DNA of 64,000 nucleotides, taken from the NCBI GenBank assembly GCA_045564655.1, contig JBJLGX010000020.1, positions 76,654-140,653 of the forward strand, in the 5' to 3' direction. The notes under the pieces are model-generated. The model searched no databases. It saw only the letters and a program-made list of their open reading frames with translations, and was not told the DNA's origin. Of the stretch, positions 19,553-29,001 are shown piece by piece; position 1 is the stretch's first letter, and the number at the start of each line of letters is the position of its first letter. The translations under genes and the position numbers were made by a program. Source of the stretch: Dehalococcoidia bacterium (GTDB lineage Bacteria > Chloroflexota > Dehalococcoidia > Lucifugimonadales > UBA826).

Positions 19553-21535
19553 ATGTATATTAAAGGGGGAATCGTGAAAATTATTCGAGCAAGAGTCAAT
19601 AATTATAAAAGTATTGATGATTCGTCTTGGGTTGATATGGAAGATGTAACAGCGTTAGTGGGTAAGAATGAGTCTGGGAAGACAGCTTTTCTGCAAGCAC
19701 TTCGTAAGATTAATTCTATTGCTGGAGAAGAAGATCGATTTAGTATTATGGATTACCCAAGGAAAGGATATATTCGATATAAGAAAATTCATGAATCTAC
19801 TCCTTCTGTAGTTGTTAGAGCTGAATTTCGGCTTACCACTGATGAGATTAATGAACTTGAGTCTAACTTTGGTGAAGGGGTTCTAAATTCTGATATAGTT
19901 CAAATCAGCGTTAATTATAATAATGAACGTATTTGGGATATTCCTACTGCAAAAACTTTTACGCCGCCACCTTCTTCTTTTAATATGACTTCAGGCACAT
20001 CTACTGTCGAACCTCCGACCTCTATTAAGACAGCTGTTGATGCGCAATCAACGATTTCACAATCATCTTCTGTGTTAGATAAAAAAATACAGCAAGATTT
20101 TTTGGATAAATGGCTTCCTAAATTCGTTTATTTTGATAATTACAGCACTATGAGGGGTAAGATATCTATTAATGATCTTAAGAAAAAGACTAAAAGTGAT
20201 GGGATTTTAGACGACGCAGATAGGACATTTATGTCTCTGTTGACCTTAACCGGATTAAGTTTAGAAGATTTAGAACAAGATTTAGCCTATGAAGATATAA
20301 AAGTTGAATTAGAATCTGCAGCAATAACCATAACTGATGAGATTTTTGAGTATTGGCAACAAAACAGGCAACTTAAGGTTGAATTTGACTTATCTCAATC
20401 TGATCCTCGTGATGTTCCTCCTTTAAATGAAGGTAAGATATTACATGTTAGGATTGAAAATGCTAGACATAGAGTAACAGTCTCTTTTGATGAACGATCT
20501 AAAGGGTTTGTTTGGTTTTTTTCGTTTTTGTCTTATTTTTCACATTTGGAAGAAACAGAAGACGGAGAGTTAATAATTTTATTAGATGAACCTGGAACTG
20601 CTTTGCATGCAATGGCTCAAAAAGACTTCTTGCGATTTATGGATGAAAGATTAGCTCCACAGTGTCAGGTGATATATTCTACTCACTCTCCTTTTATGGT
20701 AGATCTCAAAAAATTAAATCGAGTCAGAACTGTTCAAGATATGGATGGAAGAGGGACAGTTGTAAGCAATGACGCTATAGAAAATGATGCTGAGACTTTA
20801 TTTCCATTACAAATGGCATTGGGTTACCAGATGGCACAAACTCTTTTCACTTCACCGCACTGTTTGATGGTAAACGAGGCTTCTGATTTAATTTATCTTA
20901 AAAAACTAGGTGAATTAGTTGCTTTAGATCACGGATTCTTTATGGATCCCAGATGGGTTGTAATTCCAGTTGGGAGTTCTGAAAACTTACCAACTTTTGT
21001 ATCTTTGTTGGGCGAAAATTATCTTAGTGTTGCAGTTATGATGGATTTAACTCCTACTAATAAAAAAAGAATTGAAAAGATCAATGTTGCTAATTCTGAT
21101 GGACTCGCTAATCCTTTGAAATGGATCCAAGTTACTAGAGTTAGAGACGCAGATATTGAAGATTTATTTGAACCAACATTTTATTTAAATCTTGTTAATT
21201 TAACCTATGCTAAAGATTTAGATGACCCTCTAACTATGAAGTTGATTTCAGAAAGTAATCCCCGGATTGTAGAGAGGGTTAAGATGTATTTTAATTCTCG
21301 CCGTATTGCAGGAGGAGAATTTGATAGATATAAAGTTGCAACTTATTTATTAGAAAATTTTGATACTCTTAAGCATGATGTCTCAGGAGAAACTATAAAG
21401 AAAATATCTTCACTAATTGAACGTATTAATGGCTTGTTGCCATCTCCTTTAGGTACCGTGACGCACGGGGCTGAAGATGAAACTTTAGAGTTGCCTGATA
21501 AATTAATGGATAATAGACCAAAAATAACGATGTAA
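19553..21535 (+). CDS. ABC-type (AAA_15/21-like) ATPase fused to a C-terminal Toprim/DUF4435-like domain; OLD-family / fused PARIS-like defence nuclease candidate
   Basis: - Walker A GKNESGKT
- Signature-like SKGFVWFFSFL
- Walker B LIILLDEPGTALH
- H-loop YSTHSP
- Toprim-like blocks CLMVNEASDLIYL, VIPVGSSEN and ADIEDLF
- The likely true start is GTG 19574, behind RBS AAAGGGGGA. Confidence 0.55.
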   Translation: MYIKGGIVKIIRARVNNYKSIDDSSWVDMEDVTALVGKNESGKTAFLQALRKINSIAGEEDRFSIMDYPRKGYIRYKKIHESTPSVVVRAEFRLTTDEINELESNFGEGVLNSDIVQISVNYNNERIWDIPTAKTFTPPPSSFNMTSGTSTVEPPTSIKTAVDAQSTISQSSSVLDKKIQQDFLDKWLPKFVYFDNYSTMRGKISINDLKKKTKSDGILDDADRTFMSLLTLTGLSLEDLEQDLAYEDIKVELESAAITITDEIFEYWQQNRQLKVEFDLSQSDPRDVPPLNEGKILHVRIENARHRVTVSFDERSKGFVWFFSFLSYFSHLEETEDGELIILLDEPGTALHAMAQKDFLRFMDERLAPQCQVIYSTHSPFMVDLKKLNRVRTVQDMDGRGTVVSNDAIENDAETLFPLQMALGYQMAQTLFTSPHCLMVNEASDLIYLKKLGELVALDHGFFMDPRWVVIPVGSSENLPTFVSLLGENYLSVAVMMDLTPTNKKRIEKINVANSDGLANPLKWIQVTRVRDADIEDLFEPTFYLNLVNLTYAKDLDDPLTMKLISESNPRIVERVKMYFNSRRIAGGEFDRYKVATYLLENFDTLKHDVSGETIKKISSLIERINGLLPSPLGTVTHGAEDETLELPDKLMDNRPKITM

Positions 21536-21548
21536 CCTCTTAGGTTTT

Positions 21549-22958
21549 ATGACTTACCCTACGCCTAAATTACCGCCAGAATTATCTTATGAAGAAGCGG
21601 TTCAATTATCTATGGAACTTGTTGATTTTGAAAGAGGATTGCGTAATCCTGGTCATTCTACATTTCATTTAAATAGAATGACGCACTTAACAGAATTGAT
21701 AGGTAATCCTCATTTTAATACTAAAACAATTCACATTGCAGGTACTAAAGGAAAAGGTAGTGTGGCGTCAATGGTTTCCTCAATTTTGACTACAGCTAAT
21801 TTCAATGTCGGATTAACAACATCTCCCCATATGCATTCTTTGAGAGAAAGAATAAATATTAATGGGTCTAATATTAGTAGGTCAGAGTTTATTCGTATTC
21901 TTGAATATTTATGGCCATTTGTAATACAAGTAGAGAAAGAATTTAATTACGGCCAAGTCACATGGTTTGAATTTATAATAACGATGGCTTTTGTATATTT
22001 TTATGAGAATAAAGTAGATTATCAAGTTGTAGAAACAGGATTAGGTGGACGTTTAGATGCAACTAATATAGTAGTTTCAGATATTTCAATTATAACCTCA
22101 ATTAGTCGCGACCACACTAAAATTTTAGGAGATTCTATTTTAGAGATAACTAAAGAAAAATCAGGAATAATTAAAAATAGAGTGCCTATTGTATTAGCTC
22201 CTCAATATTACGCTCATGAAGTTATTCCCGTTGTCAAAGATATTGCTCAAGGTTTAAATGCTCCGCTTATTGATGTAAATGAAATGTATCAATATGGTGT
22301 TGAATCTGTTTCATTGGAGGGACAAAGTATAAGTGTTTATGGCAGGCATTATGATTATGAATTCACATTGCCACTTTTGGGATTGCATCAAGCTGAAAAT
22401 GCTATGACGGCAATAGCTTCTGCTGAATCTCTAATGGATATGGATGTCAATATTAGTAAGGTAGATATAGAAAAAGGACTCGAAAATGTTTTTTGGCCTG
22501 CACGAATGGAAATCTTAAAAAACAAAGATAAAGTTATTATCTTTGATGGGGCTCATAATGAATTTTCTGCAAAAAGGCTAACCGAATCAATAATAGATTA
22601 TAAAGAAAAAATATTAAAAGAATATTCTTCTCAGGTTATAATAGTGTTTGGAGTATTAAATAATCATGACTGTGAGAATATTCTTAGAGAATTATCATTA
22701 TTAAGTCCAATTATCTTCCCAGTTCAATCTGAACACCCTAAAGCTACTCAGGTAGAACATATTTTTGAACTTGCTAACACTTTAGGCATAGACACGATTG
22801 ATTACGATATAGGAATAAAAGATATATCTGACGCTATGAATTATGTTGAGACAAAATTTGATCGTAAACGTATAATTTTAGTTACTGGATCAATTTCAGT
22901 AGCTGCTGAAGCATTAGAATGGCATAAAAATGATTTTAAGGTGAATAATGTCAAATAG
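21549..22958 (+). CDS. folC: Bifunctional folylpolyglutamate synthase / dihydrofolate synthase
   Basis: Mur-ligase P-loop HIAGTKGKGS, ETGLGGRLDATN and FDGAHN motifs. Confidence 0.9.
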   Translation: MTYPTPKLPPELSYEEAVQLSMELVDFERGLRNPGHSTFHLNRMTHLTELIGNPHFNTKTIHIAGTKGKGSVASMVSSILTTANFNVGLTTSPHMHSLRERININGSNISRSEFIRILEYLWPFVIQVEKEFNYGQVTWFEFIITMAFVYFYENKVDYQVVETGLGGRLDATNIVVSDISIITSISRDHTKILGDSILEITKEKSGIIKNRVPIVLAPQYYAHEVIPVVKDIAQGLNAPLIDVNEMYQYGVESVSLEGQSISVYGRHYDYEFTLPLLGLHQAENAMTAIASAESLMDMDVNISKVDIEKGLENVFWPARMEILKNKDKVIIFDGAHNEFSAKRLTESIIDYKEKILKEYSSQVIIVFGVLNNHDCENILRELSLLSPIIFPVQSEHPKATQVEHIFELANTLGIDTIDYDIGIKDISDAMNYVETKFDRKRIILVTGSISVAAEALEWHKNDFKVNNVK

Positions 22959-24195
22959 AAATAGAGTAGTTGTAACGGGTTTAGGAGTCATGTCTCCTTT
23001 AGGGGAATCGGTAAATGAGTTCTGGGATTCTTTAGTTACGGGTAAATCAGGAATAGGAAAAATAACGCTCTGCGATACTGATGAATTCCCTAATGATATT
23101 GCTGGAGAGGTTACGGGATTTGATCCTGGTCAATATATTGATCCAAAAGAAGCCAAAAGGATGGCTCGATTTTCTCAAATGGCTGTAGCTGCAGCGGCTG
23201 TAGCTATCGAAGACGCAAAAATCAACATTTCAGATGAGGACCCTTGGCGATTGGGGGTATTAATTGGGAATGGGAATGGCGGATTTCCTACCACACAAGA
23301 TAACGCTGACATTTTATTTAAAAGAGGAGCCATGAAAATGAGTCCTTTTTTTGTCCCAATGATTTTACCTAATATGGCAGCAGCAAATGTTAGCCGGGTA
23401 TTCGGCTTGAAAGGATATACAAATACAGTTATCACTGCTTGTGCAGCAGGAAATCAAGCAATTGGAGAAGCTGCTGAGGTTATACGTAGAGGGACCGCTG
23501 ATGTTGTTGTTGCAGGAGGATGCGAAGCTGGTATTAGTCGATTAGGGCTAGGCGGATTTCATGTGATTAGAGCTCTTAGCCGATATAAAGGAGACCCATC
23601 TAAAGCAAGTCGTCCATTTGATTTAGAAAGAGATGGATTTGTTCCTGGGGAAGGTGCAGGCATACTAATTCTTGAGAATTTAGAACATGCATTGAATAGA
23701 GGTGCAAATATTTTTGCGGAAATTGTAGGTTACGGTATATCGTCTGATGCTTATCATGCAGTTCAACCAGATGAGACTGGTGAAGGTGCGGCTAAAGCTA
23801 TAGAACTTGCTCTTAGAGATGCAAATATTGAAGTTGCCGACATAGACTATATAAATGCACATGGTACATCTACTCCGTTAAATGACGCTTCGGAAACTAA
23901 AGCTATTAAAAAAGTTTTTAAAGAACACTCTTATAAAGTTCCAATTAGTTCAACAAAATCGATGACAGGTCACATACTAGGAGGGGCAGGAGCTATTGAA
24001 GGGGTAGCAGCAGTAAAGACTATAGAGTCTGGTATTATCCACCCAACTATTAACTTAAATAATCTTGATGAAAATTGTGATTTAGATTATGTTCCCGGTA
24101 TTTCAAGAAAAACTAAAGTAAATAAAGTACTTTCGAATAATTTTGGATTCGGGGGCCAAAATGCTTGTGTGGTTTATTCTAGTTTTGAAGAGTAA
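22948..24195 (+). CDS. fabF: 3-oxoacyl-ACP synthase II
   Basis: Active-site TACAAG, HGTSTP and FGFGGQN motifs. It overlaps the folC 3' end by 11 nt. Confidence 0.95.
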   Translation: MSNRNRVVVTGLGVMSPLGESVNEFWDSLVTGKSGIGKITLCDTDEFPNDIAGEVTGFDPGQYIDPKEAKRMARFSQMAVAAAAVAIEDAKINISDEDPWRLGVLIGNGNGGFPTTQDNADILFKRGAMKMSPFFVPMILPNMAAANVSRVFGLKGYTNTVITACAAGNQAIGEAAEVIRRGTADVVVAGGCEAGISRLGLGGFHVIRALSRYKGDPSKASRPFDLERDGFVPGEGAGILILENLEHALNRGANIFAEIVGYGISSDAYHAVQPDETGEGAAKAIELALRDANIEVADIDYINAHGTSTPLNDASETKAIKKVFKEHSYKVPISSTKSMTGHILGGAGAIEGVAAVKTIESGIIHPTINLNNLDENCDLDYVPGISRKTKVNKVLSNNFGFGGQNACVVYSSFEE

Positions 24196-24199
24196 ATCG

Positions 24200-24856
24200 T
24201 CACAAATCGATACTTTTCACTAAAGTTATAGAATTTTCGATTGTTATTTCATTTAGACGATTTCGAAGTACTTTTTGACGGTCCCATAATTCATCTTGCT
24301 TCTCGTCAAGGCTAACAATTTGTAGCTTTGATTCTTCCCAATGACTTATACTTTCATATCCAGTCATTTGTATTATTTCTATGGGGTTTGTTGATGATGC
24401 GAGAGTCCATATTCCTAAAAAAGAAATTTTAAGATCAGCAAAATTTGTATATATAGACTCTTCAAAGCACATTGTGAATTCGTTTAGATATACAGGATCA
24501 ATGATAAATTTTTGATATTCGTAAATATTTTTTCTGTCTTCTGGGGGCACACTTGATTTAGATTCAAAACTTATTGGTCTTAATATTCGGACTGCTTCTT
24601 TTTTAATTAAACTGTTTTTAATACTGCTCCATGCACCTTGTGAAGTTTGCCAAGATTCAATATCTGGATAAACAATGATTTGAATGATGTCGGTTTGGGG
24701 ATCTCCGATAAATCCACTCGCTGAACAAATAATAGAGCCACTAGAAGATCTTATAGAGTGCCATATGTTGTTGCGGCATAGTTCCAAATAGGAATGGGTT
24801 TTCCCTGCAAACAGAGAAGTTTTTCGCTCTTCAATTATCATGTAATTCATATCCAA
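24200..24856 (-). CDS. Hypothetical protein, tandem NIPSNAP-like (dimeric alpha-beta barrel) candidate
   Basis: Two repeats of a pattern ending in …IIQIIVYPDIESWQ… and …IEIIQMTGYESISHWEES…. This is a weak, memory-based call. Confidence 0.35.
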   Translation of the reverse strand: MDMNYMIIEERKTSLFAGKTHSYLELCRNNIWHSIRSSSGSIICSASGFIGDPQTDIIQIIVYPDIESWQTSQGAWSSIKNSLIKKEAVRILRPISFESKSSVPPEDRKNIYEYQKFIIDPVYLNEFTMCFEESIYTNFADLKISFLGIWTLASSTNPIEIIQMTGYESISHWEESKLQIVSLDEKQDELWDRQKVLRNRLNEITIENSITLVKSIDL

Positions 24857-24997
24857 TTTATATAAAAACTTCCTGTGTATTTTATATATAAATAGAGTCC
24901 ATAGCTAAGTAAATTTAGGCCAATATTTTGGATTTTGCGTGATATATATTAATATTGAATGAAAATTAAGGTAATCAACTCTTATTGGAGGTGTAAT

Positions 24998-25738
24998 ATG
25001 TCTGTTATAACTCTTGGAGGAATGTCCGGAGGGGGAGCAAGAGATATAGGCCCTTTATTGGCAAAAAAACTTAATGCAGATTATGTTGATAGGATTTTTC
25101 TTGCTTCTGTTGCTAAAAAAATAGGAGCAACAGTAGAAGCTTTACAGGTAAGAGAAGAACGGCTTCCTTCGCGTTCAGAAAAATGGTTGAATTTTGTTCA
25201 GAAAATTCTTGAAAGATCTGCTGTTACAGGCGCATCGGGAGATCCTTATTTTGGATCCGGATCATCAGCTTTTCTGACAGATGAATTTGACGATATAGCT
25301 ACCCCTATTATTACAGAACCTCACACAATTGAAGATGACCATTATATAGAAGCTATCCATGAAATCATGCGAGATATGGCAGAAACAGGGGATGTGGTTT
25401 TTGTTGGAAGAGGTGGTCATTTAATTTTGAATGACATGCCTAATGTACTTAGAGTCGGGATTGTGGCACATACTGAAGATAGAATTTCCACTTTGACTAA
25501 AAGAGAGAGCATATCAGAAGAAAAAGCTGTTGCTTTAATTGCTTCCCGTGATGAAGCTAGAAAAGAATATTTCCGTAAGTTTTTTAATATTGATGATCCT
25601 GACAAATCGGATTTGTTTCATCTAACGATTAATACTAGTGAGGTTAATTTAGACTATTCTGTAGATATGATCATTAATGCATTAAGCGCATTGAGAGAAG
25701 GAAAAATAAAAGGTGATGCATCTATTATAGATGGTTGA
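24998..25738 (+). CDS. Cytidylate-kinase-like family (PF13189-like) P-loop protein
   Basis: ITLGGMSGGGARDIGPLLAKKLNADYVDR is a typical N-terminus. Start set at ATG 24998, behind a GGAGG RBS. Confidence 0.6.
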   Translation: MSVITLGGMSGGGARDIGPLLAKKLNADYVDRIFLASVAKKIGATVEALQVREERLPSRSEKWLNFVQKILERSAVTGASGDPYFGSGSSAFLTDEFDDIATPIITEPHTIEDDHYIEAIHEIMRDMAETGDVVFVGRGGHLILNDMPNVLRVGIVAHTEDRISTLTKRESISEEKAVALIASRDEARKEYFRKFFNIDDPDKSDLFHLTINTSEVNLDYSVDMIINALSALREGKIKGDASIIDG

Positions 25739-26657
25739 GGATTTCATGGTAGAAAATTCAAAGAGAATTCTGATGACAGGAGCAACAGGATTTGTAGCAT
25801 CTCTTATGCTGCCAAGATTTATGGGAAACTACGATATGACTCTTTTAGATGCACGCAATGTTGATTCGGAAGGGAACTCTATATCAAACGTGCACTTGGT
25901 TGATTTGTCTGATGATGACAGTTCGCAATATAGTCATTTTTTTCAAGATATAGATACGGTTATACACTTGGCGTATATACGCAGATCTGGTCCAGCCTTA
26001 GAACATTTCAAAACAGAAAAAAGAAATGTAAGTATGGCATACAATGTACTGAGAGCTGCATATGAATCAAATGTAAAAAGAGTTGTTATTGCTAGCTCTA
26101 ATCATGCTGCTGATTGGTATGAACATAATATGATTCATAATCATAAAAAAGATATGGTACATCCGTATGAATTACCTTTATCAGATAATTTTTATGGTTG
26201 GGCTAAAGCTTCATATGAACATTTAGCTTTTTTATTTGCAACTGGGGCATTAGGAAATGGAGGAGATGGAGGATTTATTACTACAGACAATTTCCTTACC
26301 GGTAATTCTGGAACTAGTAGGAAAATGGAAATAGTAATGGTAAGAATAGGTGCACCTCGAGAAATGGAATTTGATGACTATATAGGTAAACCATCTACTT
26401 TTAAGCGTTCTTTAGGGGCATATGTTAGCTCTCGTGATTTGACCCAATTGTTTGAAAAATCTATTGAGGTTGAAGATATTAATAATGAGCATGGAATCCC
26501 TTGGCAAGTTGTCTATGGTATTAGTAATAATACTCGTGCTTTTTGGTCAATAGCTAATGCGCGAAAAGTTTTTGGGTATGACCCTAAAGATGATTCAGAA
26601 ATCCTGTTTTCTGATTGGATAAAAAAAATACTTGTTGATGAAGGTAAATTAGGATAA
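25731..26657 (+). CDS. NAD(P)-dependent epimerase/dehydrogenase, uronate-dehydrogenase-like extended SDR
   Basis: ILMTGATGFVAS Rossmann motif, ASSNHA, and catalytic YGWAKAS (YxxxK). It has a Gly-rich insertion and overlaps the upstream gene by 8 nt. Confidence 0.65.
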   Translation: MVEDFMVENSKRILMTGATGFVASLMLPRFMGNYDMTLLDARNVDSEGNSISNVHLVDLSDDDSSQYSHFFQDIDTVIHLAYIRRSGPALEHFKTEKRNVSMAYNVLRAAYESNVKRVVIASSNHAADWYEHNMIHNHKKDMVHPYELPLSDNFYGWAKASYEHLAFLFATGALGNGGDGGFITTDNFLTGNSGTSRKMEIVMVRIGAPREMEFDDYIGKPSTFKRSLGAYVSSRDLTQLFEKSIEVEDINNEHGIPWQVVYGISNNTRAFWSIANARKVFGYDPKDDSEILFSDWIKKILVDEGKLG

Positions 26658-26660
26658 ATA

Positions 26661-27662
26661 ATGGATATAGAGGAAGCTCAATTAACTCTTTCCAGAATAG
26701 CTTTAAAAACTAAATTATCTGAAGGCCCAGAAGGAATTGAAAAAATTCTAAGGAATATCAATAACACTAAGGGGATTCCCATTCATAATTTAGCTAGAAT
26801 TGTTGCTATTCCTGTACCTGTAATAGCTGCCATTAGGAAAGAGATGGAAAAGTCAGGATTGTTAACTCGAGATTCGGGGATGATATTGACCCATTTAGGA
26901 GAATCTTTATTGAAATCTATTGGTGTTTCAGGAGAGAAGAAAATTTTTCTTGATCATGGTTATATATTCCCAGATTTTCTTGAAGATATTAAGTTAGATT
27001 TGGAACAAATATTTAAAAGTAGACCAGCTCCAAACTACACTTTGGATCAATCCCATGTTGATGCTACTACGGCTGTTATGAGAGCAGCATATTTACTCCA
27101 TCATGATGCAATAGAGGGCAGGAAAATAATTTTTCTTGGAGATGATGATTTAACGTCAGTTGCAATATTTTTAGTGTCGGAAAAATTAAAAATTTACCCC
27201 CAAGAAATCCATATAATAGATCTAGATAATCGTGTTTTAGATTTTATTGAAACTATAATTGCTGGAGATCATTTTATTTGCAATATCACAAATACAGATT
27301 TAAGGGATCCAATTAATCAAGATTTGATTTCTAAGTTTGATGTATTTTTTACTGATCCTCCTTATACAATTGAAGGATTTAAGCTTTTTGTTTCTAGGGG
27401 AATAGAGGTGTTAAAAAATGAGACTGGTAAATATGGGTTCATAAATTTTCCATCTCGTACTCCTGATGAGACGATTGAGTTGTTTTCACTTATGACTCAA
27501 ATGGGATTGGCTCCACAAGAGATTGTTAATGGATTTAATTCTTATGTCGGAGCTCAAATTCATGCAGGGAAAAGTAATATGATACGATGCGTTACTTCAT
27601 CTGAAATGAAACCAATTATTGTTGACAATTCGATACCTATTTATACAGCATCAAGAAGATGA
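26661..27662 (+). CDS. DUF43/BpsA-like aminopropyltransferase (branched-chain polyamine synthase family) with N-terminal wHTH-like domain
   Basis: IIFLGDDDLTSVAI, IHIIDLD.RVLDFI and FDVFFTDPPYTIEGFKLFVSRG match remembered PF01861/BpsA blocks. Confidence 0.55.
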   Translation: MDIEEAQLTLSRIALKTKLSEGPEGIEKILRNINNTKGIPIHNLARIVAIPVPVIAAIRKEMEKSGLLTRDSGMILTHLGESLLKSIGVSGEKKIFLDHGYIFPDFLEDIKLDLEQIFKSRPAPNYTLDQSHVDATTAVMRAAYLLHHDAIEGRKIIFLGDDDLTSVAIFLVSEKLKIYPQEIHIIDLDNRVLDFIETIIAGDHFICNITNTDLRDPINQDLISKFDVFFTDPPYTIEGFKLFVSRGIEVLKNETGKYGFINFPSRTPDETIELFSLMTQMGLAPQEIVNGFNSYVGAQIHAGKSNMIRCVTSSEMKPIIVDNSIPIYTASRR

Positions 27663-28603
27663 AATATAAGGTTACTACAATTCCAGAATTGTTGAATGAA
27701 TCTTATTTGTTAGTTCCTGAATTAATCACAAGTATTAAATCTGTTATACAAAAAATAAATAAAGAATCGTGGGTTTATTTTATCCCGTTTTTATTAACAT
27801 ATAATTTGTATCCTAAAAGATCGCTTTATTATGCAGATATTTTTGATACGACTATTGTTTTTCAACATATTAAAAATAATACTAATGAAAGAATAGATTT
27901 TGTTATTCCCCCATTCCCATTAAACTCTCAATCTTTAAAGTCTTTAGATGTTTTTATTCAATTAGTTAAAGATCAATTAGATCAAGATTCAATAAGAATT
28001 CTTTGGGTGGATAAATTGGATAAGAATTCCTTAGCTGAATATTTCGGCAATAGATTAACTATTGAAAAGGAAGAGACTGAATATTTATATGATGTTAAAT
28101 CTGTTATTAGTATGGATGGGCCATCCTTTAAAGATTTAAGGAAATCGGTTAACAAAGTAAAAAAACAATTTCCAGAATTCAAAAAAATGGAATATGAAGA
28201 TCTAGATGAAGCAATGGAGTTGTTAAAGAATTGGAGGAAAGTACAAGGAAGAAAAAATGATTTCTTATTAGATTGGGGATATACGAAGAAAGCATTGATG
28301 ATTTTCAAAGAGTTTTCTAACGAAGACTTGTACGCTTGGTGCATTAAAATTGATAATAAGATGGTTGGGTTTGCTATGGCGGGACCAATTACTAAAGATG
28401 TTGCCAATTTTTTCATTATTAAAACGGATATAGATATTTCAGGGTTATCACTATACTTAAGGTGGAGAGTATTGAGAGAATTGAAAGAGTTTTCGATAGT
28501 TAATGATGCGAGCGATTTGGGCATACAAGGTTTAAAACAGCATAAAATGAAATTAAGACCATTTGATTACAATACTGTTTTTACGGTATCTATCAAATCT
28601 TAA
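27659..28603 (+). CDS. DUF2156 (phosphatidylglycerol lysyltransferase C-terminal-domain-like, tandem GNAT fold) protein
   Basis: Blocks EYLYDVKSVISMDGPSFKDLRKSVNK, IDNKMVGFAMAGPI and VNDASDLGIQGLKQHKMKLRP resemble the family. An ATGA overlap joins it to the upstream gene. Confidence 0.55.
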   Translation: MKYKVTTIPELLNESYLLVPELITSIKSVIQKINKESWVYFIPFLLTYNLYPKRSLYYADIFDTTIVFQHIKNNTNERIDFVIPPFPLNSQSLKSLDVFIQLVKDQLDQDSIRILWVDKLDKNSLAEYFGNRLTIEKEETEYLYDVKSVISMDGPSFKDLRKSVNKVKKQFPEFKKMEYEDLDEAMELLKNWRKVQGRKNDFLLDWGYTKKALMIFKEFSNEDLYAWCIKIDNKMVGFAMAGPITKDVANFFIIKTDIDISGLSLYLRWRVLRELKEFSIVNDASDLGIQGLKQHKMKLRPFDYNTVFTVSIKS

Positions 28604-28765
28604 AAGTAGTATTTTTACCATAAAAATCTAATAAACGTAATATACGGCCTTTATATATTATTGACCTTTTGTTGATGGGGGCTTTATAATTTTCCCTCGT
28701 GAATAAAAAATTATTAAATTTTATATAAAGAATTGACTGCTACATTTAATTAAAGAGGTCCTATT

Positions 28766-28975
28766 ATGCCCCCACTCCCTAAGAAAAAACATTCCAGTAA
28801 GAGGAAAGGCGGACGCAATGCCCACAGGGGTATAAAACCTGTTAATTTATCTTTGTGCCCTGAACCTCAATGCTCTTCTTATAGACTTCCTCATAGAGCT
28901 TGTCCTGAATGTGGCGTATACAATGGGAGAAATGTTATTTCTTCCCAAGAAGAAACTTTTCAGCCAGCTGAATAG
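28766..28975 (+). CDS. rpmF: 50S ribosomal protein L32
   Basis: Basic N-terminus (KKKHSSKRKGGRNAH) and Zn-ribbon C…C…LPHRACPECG. Confidence 0.85.
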   Translation: MPPLPKKKHSSKRKGGRNAHRGIKPVNLSLCPEPQCSSYRLPHRACPECGVYNGRNVISSQEETFQPAE

Positions 28976-29001
28976 TTAATATTCTATAGGTTGTTTAAAT
29001 T

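Noticed and set aside
27982-28524. 180-aa antisense ORF, and similar long antisense ORFs at 48868-49425, 12513-12869, 13182-13532, 61085-61465, 31379-31675 and 32457-32747
   Set aside because: Each lies fully inside a confidently identified gene on the other strand. None has a recognisable motif or RBS. The 31379 and 32457 pair is similar only because the sense genes are paralogs.
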